This document shows, piece by piece, positions 1 through 6,484 of a stretch of 11,291 nucleotides of DNA (positions are counted from its first letter, which is position 1; each line of letters begins with the position of its first letter). Under the pieces are notes generated by a model. The model was not told where the DNA came from. It was given only the letters and a program-made list of their open reading frames with translations, and searched no databases. This DNA comes from Caedibacter taeniospiralis (lineage in GTDB: Bacteria; Pseudomonadota; Gammaproteobacteria; Francisellales; Francisellaceae), in contig NZ_PGGB02000018.1 of the NCBI RefSeq assembly GCF_002803295.2, forward strand, positions 30,361 to 41,651, written 5' to 3'. A program made the position numbers and the translations under genes.

Positions 1-141
1 AATTTAAATGTAAATTACGATGTATTACATGAAGCTTTTGCAAGTGAATACGGCAAGGTCGCAGGAGATGTTTTGTATAAACATACTTGCGATTATGTTG
101 ATATTGACGAATTCATTATTCAAAATTACGAGACACATTAA
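1..141 (+). CDS. C-terminal fragment of a hypothetical protein (ORF open at the left window edge)
   Basis: Frame 1 is open from nt 1 to TAA at 139-141 (...CDYVDIDEFIIQNYETH*). The AGGAAG RBS of the next gene follows immediately. No family recognised. Confidence 0.4.
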   Translation, partial: NLNVNYDVLHEAFASEYGKVAGDVLYKHTCDYVDIDEFIIQNYETH

Positions 142-150
142 GGAAGTAAT

Positions 151-447
151 ATGAATATTGCCTCACCTTTAGAGATTTCATTAGGGCATTCTGATGTAGG
201 GTGTGTTGTTTCATCGATTTGTCATAAAATGCTTTCAAACAAAATATACAAGCCAGATAAAATATATTCTTTATCTGAGTTTCAGCTTGAATTAAAAATG
301 ATACTCAAAACATTGCTGGATGAGATAAGATCGGGCAATTGTGAAGAGGAGATTGAAAGTTACTTTTTCCTCAAACAGCTTAAGGACAAAAATCCTGCGC
401 AATACGAAAAAGTACTTAAGTGGAATCATTTAGAAGACGTTGCTTAA
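151..447 (+). CDS. Hypothetical protein, 98 aa
   Basis: ORF track. AGGAAG at 141-146 lies 4 nt upstream of ATG 151. The stop overlaps the next start (TAATG at 445-449). No recognisable domain. Confidence 0.6.
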   Translation: MNIASPLEISLGHSDVGCVVSSICHKMLSNKIYKPDKIYSLSEFQLELKMILKTLLDEIRSGNCEEEIESYFFLKQLKDKNPAQYEKVLKWNHLEDVA

Positions 448-788
448 TGATTGTTCGCAGAAAGAAATCTTCACATTGTCGGTATTATATCAAAGCGGAT
501 ACGGCTGTTTTGTTCTTAAATTATGCTGAACGTCAGTTGATTAATCTTCAAGAAGCATTACGAGAAAAGCAGCGGATTACGAAAGATCCTGACATTGATA
601 AAGAAATCATGCGCATTAAGAAAATGATTCAAAAGTTGAAAGTGGTGTATAGCGACAAGATATCTTTAGACACTTGTTGTGATATTTATGAGGAAGCAAG
701 AACCTATTGGAGATCGAAAAATGAAAAATCATCGAGAAATGAAAAATCAAAATATTTATATCGATTGTATTGGAGAGGGTTTAGTTGA
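447..788 (+). CDS. Hypothetical protein, ~113 aa; start moved from the track start (420) to ATG 447
   Basis: ATG 447 is in frame with track ORF 420..788 and overlaps the upstream stop (TAATG), which indicates translational coupling. A coiled-coil-like K/E-rich centre. The last ~22 codons overlap the next gene in another frame and look like low-quality sequence. Confidence 0.5.
   Translation: MIVRRKKSSHCRYYIKADTAVLFLNYAERQLINLQEALREKQRITKDPDIDKEIMRIKKMIQKLKVVYSDKISLDTCCDIYEEARTYWRSKNEKSSRNEKSKYLYRLYWRGFS
715..749. repeat. Imperfect tandem duplication with an 18-bp period (CGA[A/G]AAATGAAAAATCA x2)
   Basis: Positions 715-731 and 733-749 are identical at 16 of 17 positions. This gives NEKS..NEKS in one frame and MKN..MKN in the other. 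Confidence 0.8.
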
Positions 789-972
789 GGTTAATCCTTC
801 AGAGATAGTTTATCTTTCTAAGGGAAAAGAAAAGACGCTTAAACTATACTCACTTGCAAAGTCAGTCTTTGGATTACCTTATGATGCAGAGGAAAAAGGA
901 AATTTCATAAGACTTTATTTCAGCACGGAAACTGTCGATTCAATCAAAGCAAAAATAGATGATTTAAACTAG
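721..972 (+). CDS. Hypothetical protein, ~83 aa; start chosen at ATG 721
   Basis: GGAG at 709-712 lies 8 nt upstream of ATG 721, within track ORF 679..972. ATG 739 is an alternative start. No recognisable domain. Confidence 0.5.
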   Translation: MKNHREMKNQNIYIDCIGEGLVEVNPSEIVYLSKGKEKTLKLYSLAKSVFGLPYDAEEKGNFIRLYFSTETVDSIKAKIDDLN

Positions 973-1467
973 AAATATTAATACAAATGAAAAAGAAAAA
1001 ATGAACAGGATGACAAAAAATGGAAATGAAAATAAACAGGGTGCCTCGGGCCTCATGATAGATTTTGTATATCCATACACAAAATCGAATCGGCTATCCT
1101 CGGCGGTATAAATTTTGCCCGGGCCGCCCGCCTCAACGGTGCTTGTCCTCACAAATTCGCTACGCTCATTCCGAACAGACAACACGTTTCCGATTCTACT
1201 CTACGCCTTGGGTAAAAGCTTTTTCACAGACTTCGCTCTGGCGCCTTCGGCACGTCGCTTGCTGATCAACAGCGCAAGGCTACCCGGGTCTACTCGCCCT
1301 CGCGTTCCGCTATCCATGGCTCGCAGCGTATGAAGCTGTAGCAAGGGCGGTCTATCAGCCACAACGCAAGTGAAGGTATTGAGCCCCGTAATAAATCAAC
1401 GTCACACCTGATCAGGGTTTTCATTTGCCTGAAATCAGAACTGCTGTATACGAAACTAGAGCATGTG

Positions 1468-1489
1468 TTTTTTTTTTTTTTTTAAAAAA
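1468..1489 (+). repeat. Homopolymer tract T16 followed directly by A6, inside intron domain I
   Basis: Direct count gives T at 1468-1483 and A at 1484-1489. Confidence 0.95.
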
Positions 1490-1781
1490 GTTTGGCACAA
1501 CCCAAAGTAAACAGGCGAGTATGCGCGGAGGTGTCGGGGTCTGAGTCCGTAGCGGGTAGATGAACTGATTGTTTTGGAACTTGGGAGAACCTTGCTATTT
1601 CTGAATGCTGTCATGCAAGTTGAAGAAACGAGGTGATGGTTTAGCAAGGTAGTCGGACTGGTTCGTAGTAGAGGAGTAGGTAGGGTAATGCCTATCGAGG
1701 ATAGATTGAAGCTCTGAGAAGGGTCAGAGGCTAATCCACTCGAAGGGGCTGGCAATTTAACGCAAGAGGATAGTTTGAGTG

Positions 1782-3116
1782 ATGTCAAACGCAGAGTTGA
1801 ATAAAACATTGTTGAAGTTGTCTTCTATAGCAGAGTGCGCGCGAGGGAATCGAAGTTTTGAGTTTACGAGCCTGGCTCATTTACTTGACGCGGAGTTTCT
1901 CAGCTATTGCTACTATGGACTTGATAGAAACAAGGCGGTAGGAATAGACAAAGTAAGTTGGCAAGAATATGGCGTGGACGTAGCGGATAAGATAGAGAAT
2001 CTGGTCATGCGATTAAAGCGCAAGACATTTAAGCCAATGCCAAGTAGAAGGGTATATATCCCTAAAGGAAATGGTGAAAGCCGCCCGTTAGGTATCTCTG
2101 CAATTGAGAACAAGATTGTTGAGAGCGGTATAATGCTGATTCTGCAAAGCATATATGAACAGGACTTTCTGGAATGCTCGTATGGGTTTAGACCAGGAAG
2201 GAATACTCATCAGGCGTTAAATGAAGTCGATAAGGCGATCATGACCCAACCTGTGAACCATTTGGTGGAAGCGGATATAAAGGGGTTCTTCGATAACGTA
2301 TCGCACGAGAAACTGAAGGACTTTGTGAAGATACGGGTGAAGGATACGAGTTTGCTACATCTGATAGACTGCTTTTTAAGGGCGGGGTACATAGATAAAG
2401 GGGTATTGATCGACACGGAGAAAGGTACGCCACAAGGGAGTATATTAAGTCCGATGTTGGCGAATATATTTTTGCATTATGTATTAGATAAATGGTTTGA
2501 AGATACGGTAAAGCAGCACGTTGAAGGATTTTGCAGGCTGGTGAGGTATGCAGATGACTTTGTGTGCTTGATACAGTATCAGGAAGATGCCCGCAAGATT
2601 GAGCGGGCATTGGCGAATAGATTTAACAAGCATGAACTACAGCTTCATCCAGAGAAGAGTCGGAACATAAGCTTTGGACGGTTTGAGAAGCTGAATGCTT
2701 TGAATGCTGGACGCAAGGCGAATACGTTTGATTTTCTAGGATTTACCCATTTTTGTGATAAGACAAGAAAGGGGTATTTCAAACTGGGTCGGAAAACGAG
2801 CGCTAAGAAGTTTCGAGCCAAGTGCAAAGATTTGAACTTGTGGCTGAAATCGATTAGGAATGTACTCCCGACAAAAGAGTGGTGGAAAATACTGAAAGCG
2901 AAGCTAAGAGGGCATTTTGAATATTACGGAGTGAGTGGAAACTACCCCTCGATAGCGAAGTATTATTCGATAGCCATGAGACAGACGCTGAAGTGGTTAA
3001 ATCGAAGAAGCCAGAAGCGGAAAATGAACTGGTGGGACTTTAATAAATATGTAGAGCGCCATCCGTTACCGCGACCACGAATCAATCACATATTTTACAC
3101 GTTGGTAGCGCTGTGA
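1782..3116 (+). CDS. Group II intron reverse transcriptase/maturase (RT plus X/thumb domains, no C-terminal HNH endonuclease domain)
   Basis: RT blocks are readable in the translation: RVYIPKGNGESRPLGI, YGFRPGRNTHQAL, ADIKGFFDNVSH, GTPQGSILSPMLANIF, RYADDFVC (the YADD catalytic box), LHPEKS and FDFLGF. A maturase-like segment follows (RGHFEYYG...). The protein ends about 60 aa later with no HNH or Zn motifs. ATG 1782 is preferred over the GTG 1779 given by the track. Confidence 0.92.
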   Translation: MSNAELNKTLLKLSSIAECARGNRSFEFTSLAHLLDAEFLSYCYYGLDRNKAVGIDKVSWQEYGVDVADKIENLVMRLKRKTFKPMPSRRVYIPKGNGESRPLGISAIENKIVESGIMLILQSIYEQDFLECSYGFRPGRNTHQALNEVDKAIMTQPVNHLVEADIKGFFDNVSHEKLKDFVKIRVKDTSLLHLIDCFLRAGYIDKGVLIDTEKGTPQGSILSPMLANIFLHYVLDKWFEDTVKQHVEGFCRLVRYADDFVCLIQYQEDARKIERALANRFNKHELQLHPEKSRNISFGRFEKLNALNAGRKANTFDFLGFTHFCDKTRKGYFKLGRKTSAKKFRAKCKDLNLWLKSIRNVLPTKEWWKILKAKLRGHFEYYGVSGNYPSIAKYYSIAMRQTLKWLNRRSQKRKMNWWDFNKYVERHPLPRPRINHIFYTLVAL

Positions 3117-3127
3117 GTTAAGTTGAA

Positions 3128-3160
3128 GAGCCGTATGTGGGAAATCTACAAGTACGGTTC
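3128..3160 (+). ncRNA. Group II intron domain V (catalytic hairpin)
   Basis: GAGCCGUAUGUGGGAAAUCUACAAGUACGGUUC. The lower stem GAGCCGUAU / GUACGGUUC contains the AGC catalytic triad. It also has a 2-nt AA bulge, an upper stem, and a loop containing GAAA. It lies 12 nt after the RT stop codon. Confidence 0.9.
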
Positions 3161-3255
3161 TGTGAGGGGCATTGTGCGTCTTCACATTGTATTGAATATA
3201 AACAAATATAAATAGGAGAAACAGAAATGTCTACTCGACAAAAAGGAGCAATCGC

Positions 3256-4116
3256 ATGAAAGCTACAATAGAAAAAACAGGTAAAATAGGAAAAATAAAC
3301 AAAATGACTCATGATGCTTATCTTGCACATGAGGCGTTGTCAGCTTCACAGGTTAAGTTATTGTTAGATAATCCGCATTTGTTCTTGCGTAAGGAACCGA
3401 TGGTACAAACGCCTGATATGTTGTTAGGTTCAGTGATTCATTCGTTGGTACTTGAGCCTGAGAGTTTTGATACTATCTATGCGGTGATGCCGAAGCTTGA
3501 TGCTAGGACGAAAGCGGGTAAAGAAGAAAAGCAGGCATTTGAAGAAGCACATGAAGGTAAGGTGATATTAACGGATGCGCTATTTGATACCGCACAAAGT
3601 TGTGCTGAGGCGATTACTTCAAGCAGTGCGAATGCGTTATTGCAAAATGGCGTTGCTGAGGCGAGCTTTTTTGGTCAACTGGAAGGCTATGATGCTAAAT
3701 GTCGCCCTGACTATTATTGTCGTGAACGTAGTTTGATAATTGACATCAAAAAGACTACTGACGCATCACCTGAAGGGTTTACTCGAGCTGATGCGAACTT
3801 CAAATATTATATTCAGGCGGCATGGTATCTTGATGTGTTAAAAAGCATTGGCGAACCAGTGAAAGATTTTCTTTTCATTGCTGTAGAAGCTACCGCACCG
3901 TTCATGGTTGGTATATATCGACTGGCAGATAGCGCGATTGAATTTGGGAGACTTAAATACAGGGAAGCTCTGAAAACATACAGGAACATTAACGATTTTG
4001 CCAAACCGATATATCGAGATACTGAAACACGCAAATATATTCAAACGATTGATTTACCAGCATATGTCTATGCTCAAAACAAAAACAGTAATTTAATGGA
4101 GGTTTACCATGGCTAA
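3256..4116 (+). CDS. PD-(D/E)XK family exonuclease, phage RecE/YqaJ-like or DUF3799-like recombination nuclease
   Basis: AAAGGAG at 3242-3248 lies 7 nt upstream of ATG 3256. Motifs in order are GSVIHSLVLEP, CRPDYY, IIDIKKT (D...D-x-K) and YYIQAAWY (a QxxxY-type helix). The stop overlaps the RecT start (ATGGCTAA). The exonuclease-SSAP gene order is typical of phage SynExo modules. Confidence 0.75.
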   Translation: MKATIEKTGKIGKINKMTHDAYLAHEALSASQVKLLLDNPHLFLRKEPMVQTPDMLLGSVIHSLVLEPESFDTIYAVMPKLDARTKAGKEEKQAFEEAHEGKVILTDALFDTAQSCAEAITSSSANALLQNGVAEASFFGQLEGYDAKCRPDYYCRERSLIIDIKKTTDASPEGFTRADANFKYYIQAAWYLDVLKSIGEPVKDFLFIAVEATAPFMVGIYRLADSAIEFGRLKYREALKTYRNINDFAKPIYRDTETRKYIQTIDLPAYVYAQNKNSNLMEVYHG

Positions 4117-4732
4117 TGAAATCCAAAGATTTGAGATAGCACAACGCAAGGCAAAAGCATACTCTTTGTCAGGTTTTGTGCCTGAACATTTTAGAAACAA
4201 CATACCAAACTGTTTAGTGGCGGTTGAGATGGCAAATCGATTGCAGATGAATCCATTCATGATAATCCAGAACATGTATATTGTTTATGGAAGACCTGCT
4301 TTTTCTTCAACCTTCGTTATTGCCTGTATTAATGCGTGCGGTCGATTTGAGCCGATACAATTTGAATACAGCGGCGAAGGTGATAATAGGCAATGTGTGG
4401 CTTTCGCAAGAGAAAAAACCAGTGGAAACATCTTGCGCTCAACACCTGTCAGTATTGGGATGGCAAAAGCCGAAGGCTGGTATAGCAAAAAAGGCAGCAA
4501 ATGGCTAACGATGCCTGATTTGATGCTTCAATACCGAGCGGCAGCGTTTTTTGGTCGTGCGTATGCGCCTGATTATTTGATGGGTTTGCAGACGCGGGAG
4601 GAAGTTGGTGACATCGGGAGAACATCTGCCTATAGTGCGGTTGCAGTAAATGAGTCTACTAACAGCAATGTAATTGACATGGCTAAAGAACAAACAGACG
4701 ACTTGGAAAGTTTGGTTGAGCAGCAGGCGTAA
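4109..4732 (+). CDS. recT: RecT/Red-beta superfamily single-strand annealing protein
   Basis: GGAGG at 4098-4102 lies 6 nt upstream of the ATG. LVAVEMANRLQMNPF...IYIVYGRP and KWLTMPDLMLQYRAAAFFGRAYAPD match the conserved N- and C-terminal blocks of RecT/Bet proteins as I recall them. It is coupled to the upstream exonuclease gene. Confidence 0.75.
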   Translation: MANEIQRFEIAQRKAKAYSLSGFVPEHFRNNIPNCLVAVEMANRLQMNPFMIIQNMYIVYGRPAFSSTFVIACINACGRFEPIQFEYSGEGDNRQCVAFAREKTSGNILRSTPVSIGMAKAEGWYSKKGSKWLTMPDLMLQYRAAAFFGRAYAPDYLMGLQTREEVGDIGRTSAYSAVAVNESTNSNVIDMAKEQTDDLESLVEQQA

Positions 4733-4774
4733 TGCTGGTAGGTTAATATTAACAAGCACAAAAAAGGAGTTAAA

Positions 4775-4948
4775 ATGTCATATTTTGACAGATGCTATAA
4801 AGCAACTAATGACAAAGGTGAGTTGATTGAATTTTACGTGAAGGAGCATTATAACTATGAAAGTCTTATGAATGCAAATCCAACTCATGTTGCAAGAATC
4901 TCCATTGACCTTGATTTTTACGAACACCCTATTCAGGACATGTGTTAA
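4775..4948 (+). CDS. Small hypothetical protein, 57 aa (not in the ORF track); could also be the 5' part of the disrupted nuclease paralog
   Basis: Strong AAGGAG at 4764-4769 lies 5 nt upstream of ATG 4775. Translation: MSYFDRCYKATNDKGELIEFYVKEHYNYESLMNANPTHVARISIDLDFYEHPIQDMC*. It is in the same frame as the nuclease fragment that follows the TAA at 4946-4948. Confidence 0.45.
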   Translation: MSYFDRCYKATNDKGELIEFYVKEHYNYESLMNANPTHVARISIDLDFYEHPIQDMC

Positions 4949-5050
4949 GGTTCGTGCGCTGAGCCGCCACTTCAGATAGGAAATGATTTTATCTGCTCTT
5001 CGTATTCTCCTCAGGAATTAATTGAAACAACAGGAGATAAAATATTAATC
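4949..5050 (+). pseudogene. Upstream remnant of the second PD-(D/E)XK exonuclease paralog, cut by the IS
   Basis: The frame reads GSCAEPPLQIGNDFICSSYSPQELIETTGDKILI up to the IS boundary. Joined to 6485 onward it gives TTGDKILISRTEFLQAQ, which aligns with HEGKVILTDALFDTAQ of the intact paralog. Confidence 0.6.
5042..5050. repeat. Left copy of the 9-bp direct repeat ATATTAATC (putative target-site duplication of the IS)
   Basis: Identical 9-mers occur at 5042-5050 and 6476-6484, flanking the IS. IS256-family elements characteristically make 8-9 bp duplications. Confidence 0.7.
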
Positions 5051-5076
5051 GAGTTATTGTCAAATTTAGTGTATGG
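5051..5076. repeat. IS terminal inverted repeat (transposase-distal end)
   Basis: GAGTTATTGTCAAATTTAGTGTATGG compared with the reverse complement of 6447-6472, GAGATATACTCGAATTTAGTGTATGG. Confidence 0.8.
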
Positions 5077-5077
5077 C

Positions 5078-6352
5078 TTAAGCGGCATTTTGTTTATCCT
5101 GTTTTATTTTGTCTACTTCATGCTCAGAGATCCCATCAATAAATTTAACCATATTAATCACCTCAGCCAGTCGCTGATGGCCTCTTAATCTCGACCAGGT
5201 TTTCTCAGCCTGTCTAGCAAGTTTAAAGAAAGCGCAAAGTAGCGTTTCTCTTGAGTAGCAACCTCTGGCTTGTCGGGTTCGGTGTCGTATCGTTGCAAAG
5301 CTTGATTCAATTGGATTCGTAGAGCGAATATGACACCAATGTTCGGCAGGGAAGTTGTAAAAAGTAAACATTCTTTCTTTATCTTTCGTCAGACACTCAA
5401 CCGCTTTAGGATACCTGGCCTCATACGTCGCAACAAACTCTTTGTATGCTTCTTCTGCTTGCTCTTTCCCAGGGGCCATGTACATGTTATGCAACTTTGA
5501 CTTTGCTCTGGACTGCATAGCTTTAGGTAGCTTGTTAAGAATGTTCGCTGTTTTATGGACCCAGCAACGTTGACATTGCGTTTTAGGGAATTCTTTCTCA
5601 AGGGCAGACCAAAAGCCCATAGCACCATCACCCGTCGCTAATTCAGGCCCCGCTACCAATCCTCTGCGCTTGATATCACGCAATAACTCTGCCCAACTCT
5701 CCGCGCTTTCTCTAAAACCATCATCAAATGCAACAAGCTCTTTCTTCCCATCTACTGTCGCACCTATAATGACGAGCATACAGGTTTTTTCACTTTCCAT
5801 GCGGGCTGTCAAATAAATCCCATCAACCCACCAGTAAACATAATGCTTATCCGATAAAGAACGACTCCGCCATAACGCAAGCTCAGCATGCCATGTCTCT
5901 TTTAATCGACAAATCACCTGTGCCGATACATTTTTCGCATTTTCACCCAGTATGGGGGCTAAGGCCTGCTGAAAATGATTCGTCGAGATTCCCTGCAAAT
6001 ACAGCAAGGGTAACAACTCATCAATCGTTTTTGCTCGTCTCATATACGGTGGAATCAGCAGTGAGTGAAACTGAATACCTGTGCCTTTGCGATCTCTAAC
6101 CTTAGGCACTGTCACCTTCACGTTCCCAACCCCAGTTGCAACCTCTCGCGTAGGATGATAACCGTTACGAACAACCTGATGTTTCCCGTCATCCAGCTTC
6201 AAATCTGCCAATGAATCCATAAATTCTTTAAGCTCCACAAGGATCGCTTCGTGAATGGCTTTATTAGCTGCTTCTCTAATCAACCCAGTTAAAGCATCTT
6301 TTACTTCAGTATCTACTGTATTTTTAAGATCAAGTACGTTATCTTTACTCAT
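5078..6352 (-). CDS. IS256-family (Transposase_mut / mutator-type) DDE transposase, 424 aa
   Basis: Full-length ORF with family hallmarks: YVYWWVDGIY (first D), LATGDGAMGFW (second D), CWVHKTANIL, and STNPIESSFATIRHRTR (E followed by R). Confidence 0.93.
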   Translation of the reverse strand: MSKDNVLDLKNTVDTEVKDALTGLIREAANKAIHEAILVELKEFMDSLADLKLDDGKHQVVRNGYHPTREVATGVGNVKVTVPKVRDRKGTGIQFHSLLIPPYMRRAKTIDELLPLLYLQGISTNHFQQALAPILGENAKNVSAQVICRLKETWHAELALWRSRSLSDKHYVYWWVDGIYLTARMESEKTCMLVIIGATVDGKKELVAFDDGFRESAESWAELLRDIKRRGLVAGPELATGDGAMGFWSALEKEFPKTQCQRCWVHKTANILNKLPKAMQSRAKSKLHNMYMAPGKEQAEEAYKEFVATYEARYPKAVECLTKDKERMFTFYNFPAEHWCHIRSTNPIESSFATIRHRTRQARGCYSRETLLCAFFKLARQAEKTWSRLRGHQRLAEVINMVKFIDGISEHEVDKIKQDKQNAA

Positions 6353-6446
6353 GTGTGTATTCTTCTTTTGAGAGTTTTGTTACGCAAAATAATGCTATCA
6401 TTCTGCAGTGAATACACCACCTAAACAAGGCTGATTACATTCCAGC

Positions 6447-6472
6447 CCATACACTAAATTCGAGTATATCTC
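6447..6472. repeat. IS terminal inverted repeat (transposase-proximal end)
   Basis: CCATACACTAAATTCGAGTATATCTC is the reverse complement partner of 5051-5076. Confidence 0.8.
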
Positions 6473-6475
6473 ATT

Positions 6476-6484
6476 ATATTAATC
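6476..6484. repeat. Right copy of the 9-bp direct repeat ATATTAATC
   Basis: Identical to 5042-5050. Confidence 0.7.

Larger units (their letters stand above)
1041..3192 (+). mobile_element. Group II intron (ribozyme domains I-VI plus the intron-encoded protein in domain IV), apparently full length
   Basis: There is a sharp switch from AT-rich spacer (...GAAAATAAACAGG) to GC-rich structured sequence starting GUGCC at 1041. A 10-bp long-range helix pairs 1045-1054 with 1536-1545 (3 G.U), which fits the domain I closing stem. Further helices are AGUCCG 1544-1549 / CGGACU 1654-1659 and CCUUGCUA 1590-1597 / UAGCAAGG 1642-1649, which look like domain II. The RT/maturase ORF is at 1782-3116. Canonical domain V is at 3128-3160, followed by a domain VI-like hairpin at 3162-3185. 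The 5' motif is GUGCC, not the consensus GUGYG. The 3' end (AU at 3186-3187 or 3191-3192) is uncertain by about 5 nt. Confidence 0.8.
5051..6475 (-). mobile_element. IS256-family insertion sequence (~1.4 kb), single transposase gene
   Basis: Imperfect 26-bp terminal inverted repeats match at 22 of 26 positions: GAGTTATTGTCAAATTTAGTGTATGG at 5051-5076 and its counterpart at 6447-6472. Flanking 9-bp direct repeats are present. The transposase is 424 aa and its stop lies next to the IR. GC content is visibly higher than in the flanks. Three extra nt (ATT, 6473-6475) lie between the right IR and the right direct repeat. Confidence 0.85.

Noticed and set aside
1040-1340. Possibility that the GC-rich block is a separate RNA gene (tRNA, tmRNA, RNase P, SRP, retron msr/msd) on either strand
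   Set aside because: I could not find a cloverleaf, tmRNA or RNase P consensus segments on either strand. The 10-bp pairing of 1045-1054 with 1536-1545 and the domain-I-like motifs (AGCCACAACGCAAG, CUGAUCAGG...CCUGAAAUCAGAAC) tie it to the intron on the + strand.
1033-1515. Reading the two TAAACAGG copies as the target-site duplication of an independent ~470-bp insertion
   Set aside because: Removing 1041-1515 would leave only ~265 nt upstream of the RT ORF. That is too little for domains I-III, and it would delete the 5' strand of the closing helix. The observation is kept as an open oddity in the findings.
964-1809. Track ORFs 964..1185(-), 1065..1265(+), 1115..1333(+) and 1456..1809(-) in the GC-rich block upstream of the RT gene
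   Set aside because: They lie within structured group II intron RNA (domains I-III), have no RBS and give low-complexity, Pro/Arg/Ser-rich translations. They are best explained as chance ORFs in GC-rich non-coding RNA.
1913-2827. Minus-strand track ORFs inside the RT gene (1913..2152, 2210..2416, 2239..2610, 2645..2827)
   Set aside because: These are shadow ORFs antisense to a well-supported RT/maturase CDS, with no motifs or RBS.
3227-3259. 10-codon mini-ORF (MSTRQKGAIA) with an AGGAGA RBS, whose TGA overlaps the nuclease ATG (ATGA)
   Set aside because: It could be a coupling uORF in the 3' exon just after the intron. It is too short to support from sequence alone, and the nuclease has its own strong RBS inside it.
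3118-3330. Minus-strand ORF 3118..3330
   Set aside because: It overlaps intron domains V/VI and the start region of the nuclease gene. Its translation is Cys/Phe-rich junk.
3813-4759. Antisense or alternate-frame track ORFs within the nuclease and recT genes (3813..4034, 3838..4044, 4093..4275, 4281..4508, 4285..4500, 4505..4759)
   Set aside because: These are shadow ORFs of two well-supported, coupled CDSs.
4777-4827. The +1 frame of the 57-aa ORF region reads HILTDAIKQ, sharing ILTDA with the intact nuclease (KVILTDALFD)
   Set aside because: It is only a 5-residue match, followed by a stop after 16 codons. It is too short to distinguish a decayed duplicate from chance.
4949-5015. GC-rich patch beginning GUGCGCUGAGCC...CAGAUAGG, reminiscent of a group II intron 5' end and loosely similar to 1041-1065 (GUGCCUCGGGCC...GAUAG)
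   Set aside because: The similarity is limited to about a dozen nucleotides and no further intron domains follow. The stretch is also in frame with the nuclease remnant. It may be a solo intron 5' relic, but the evidence is insufficient.
5389-6099. Track ORFs 5389..5631(-) and 5893..6099(+) inside the transposase gene
   Set aside because: These are alternate-frame or antisense shadows of the full-length IS256-type transposase.
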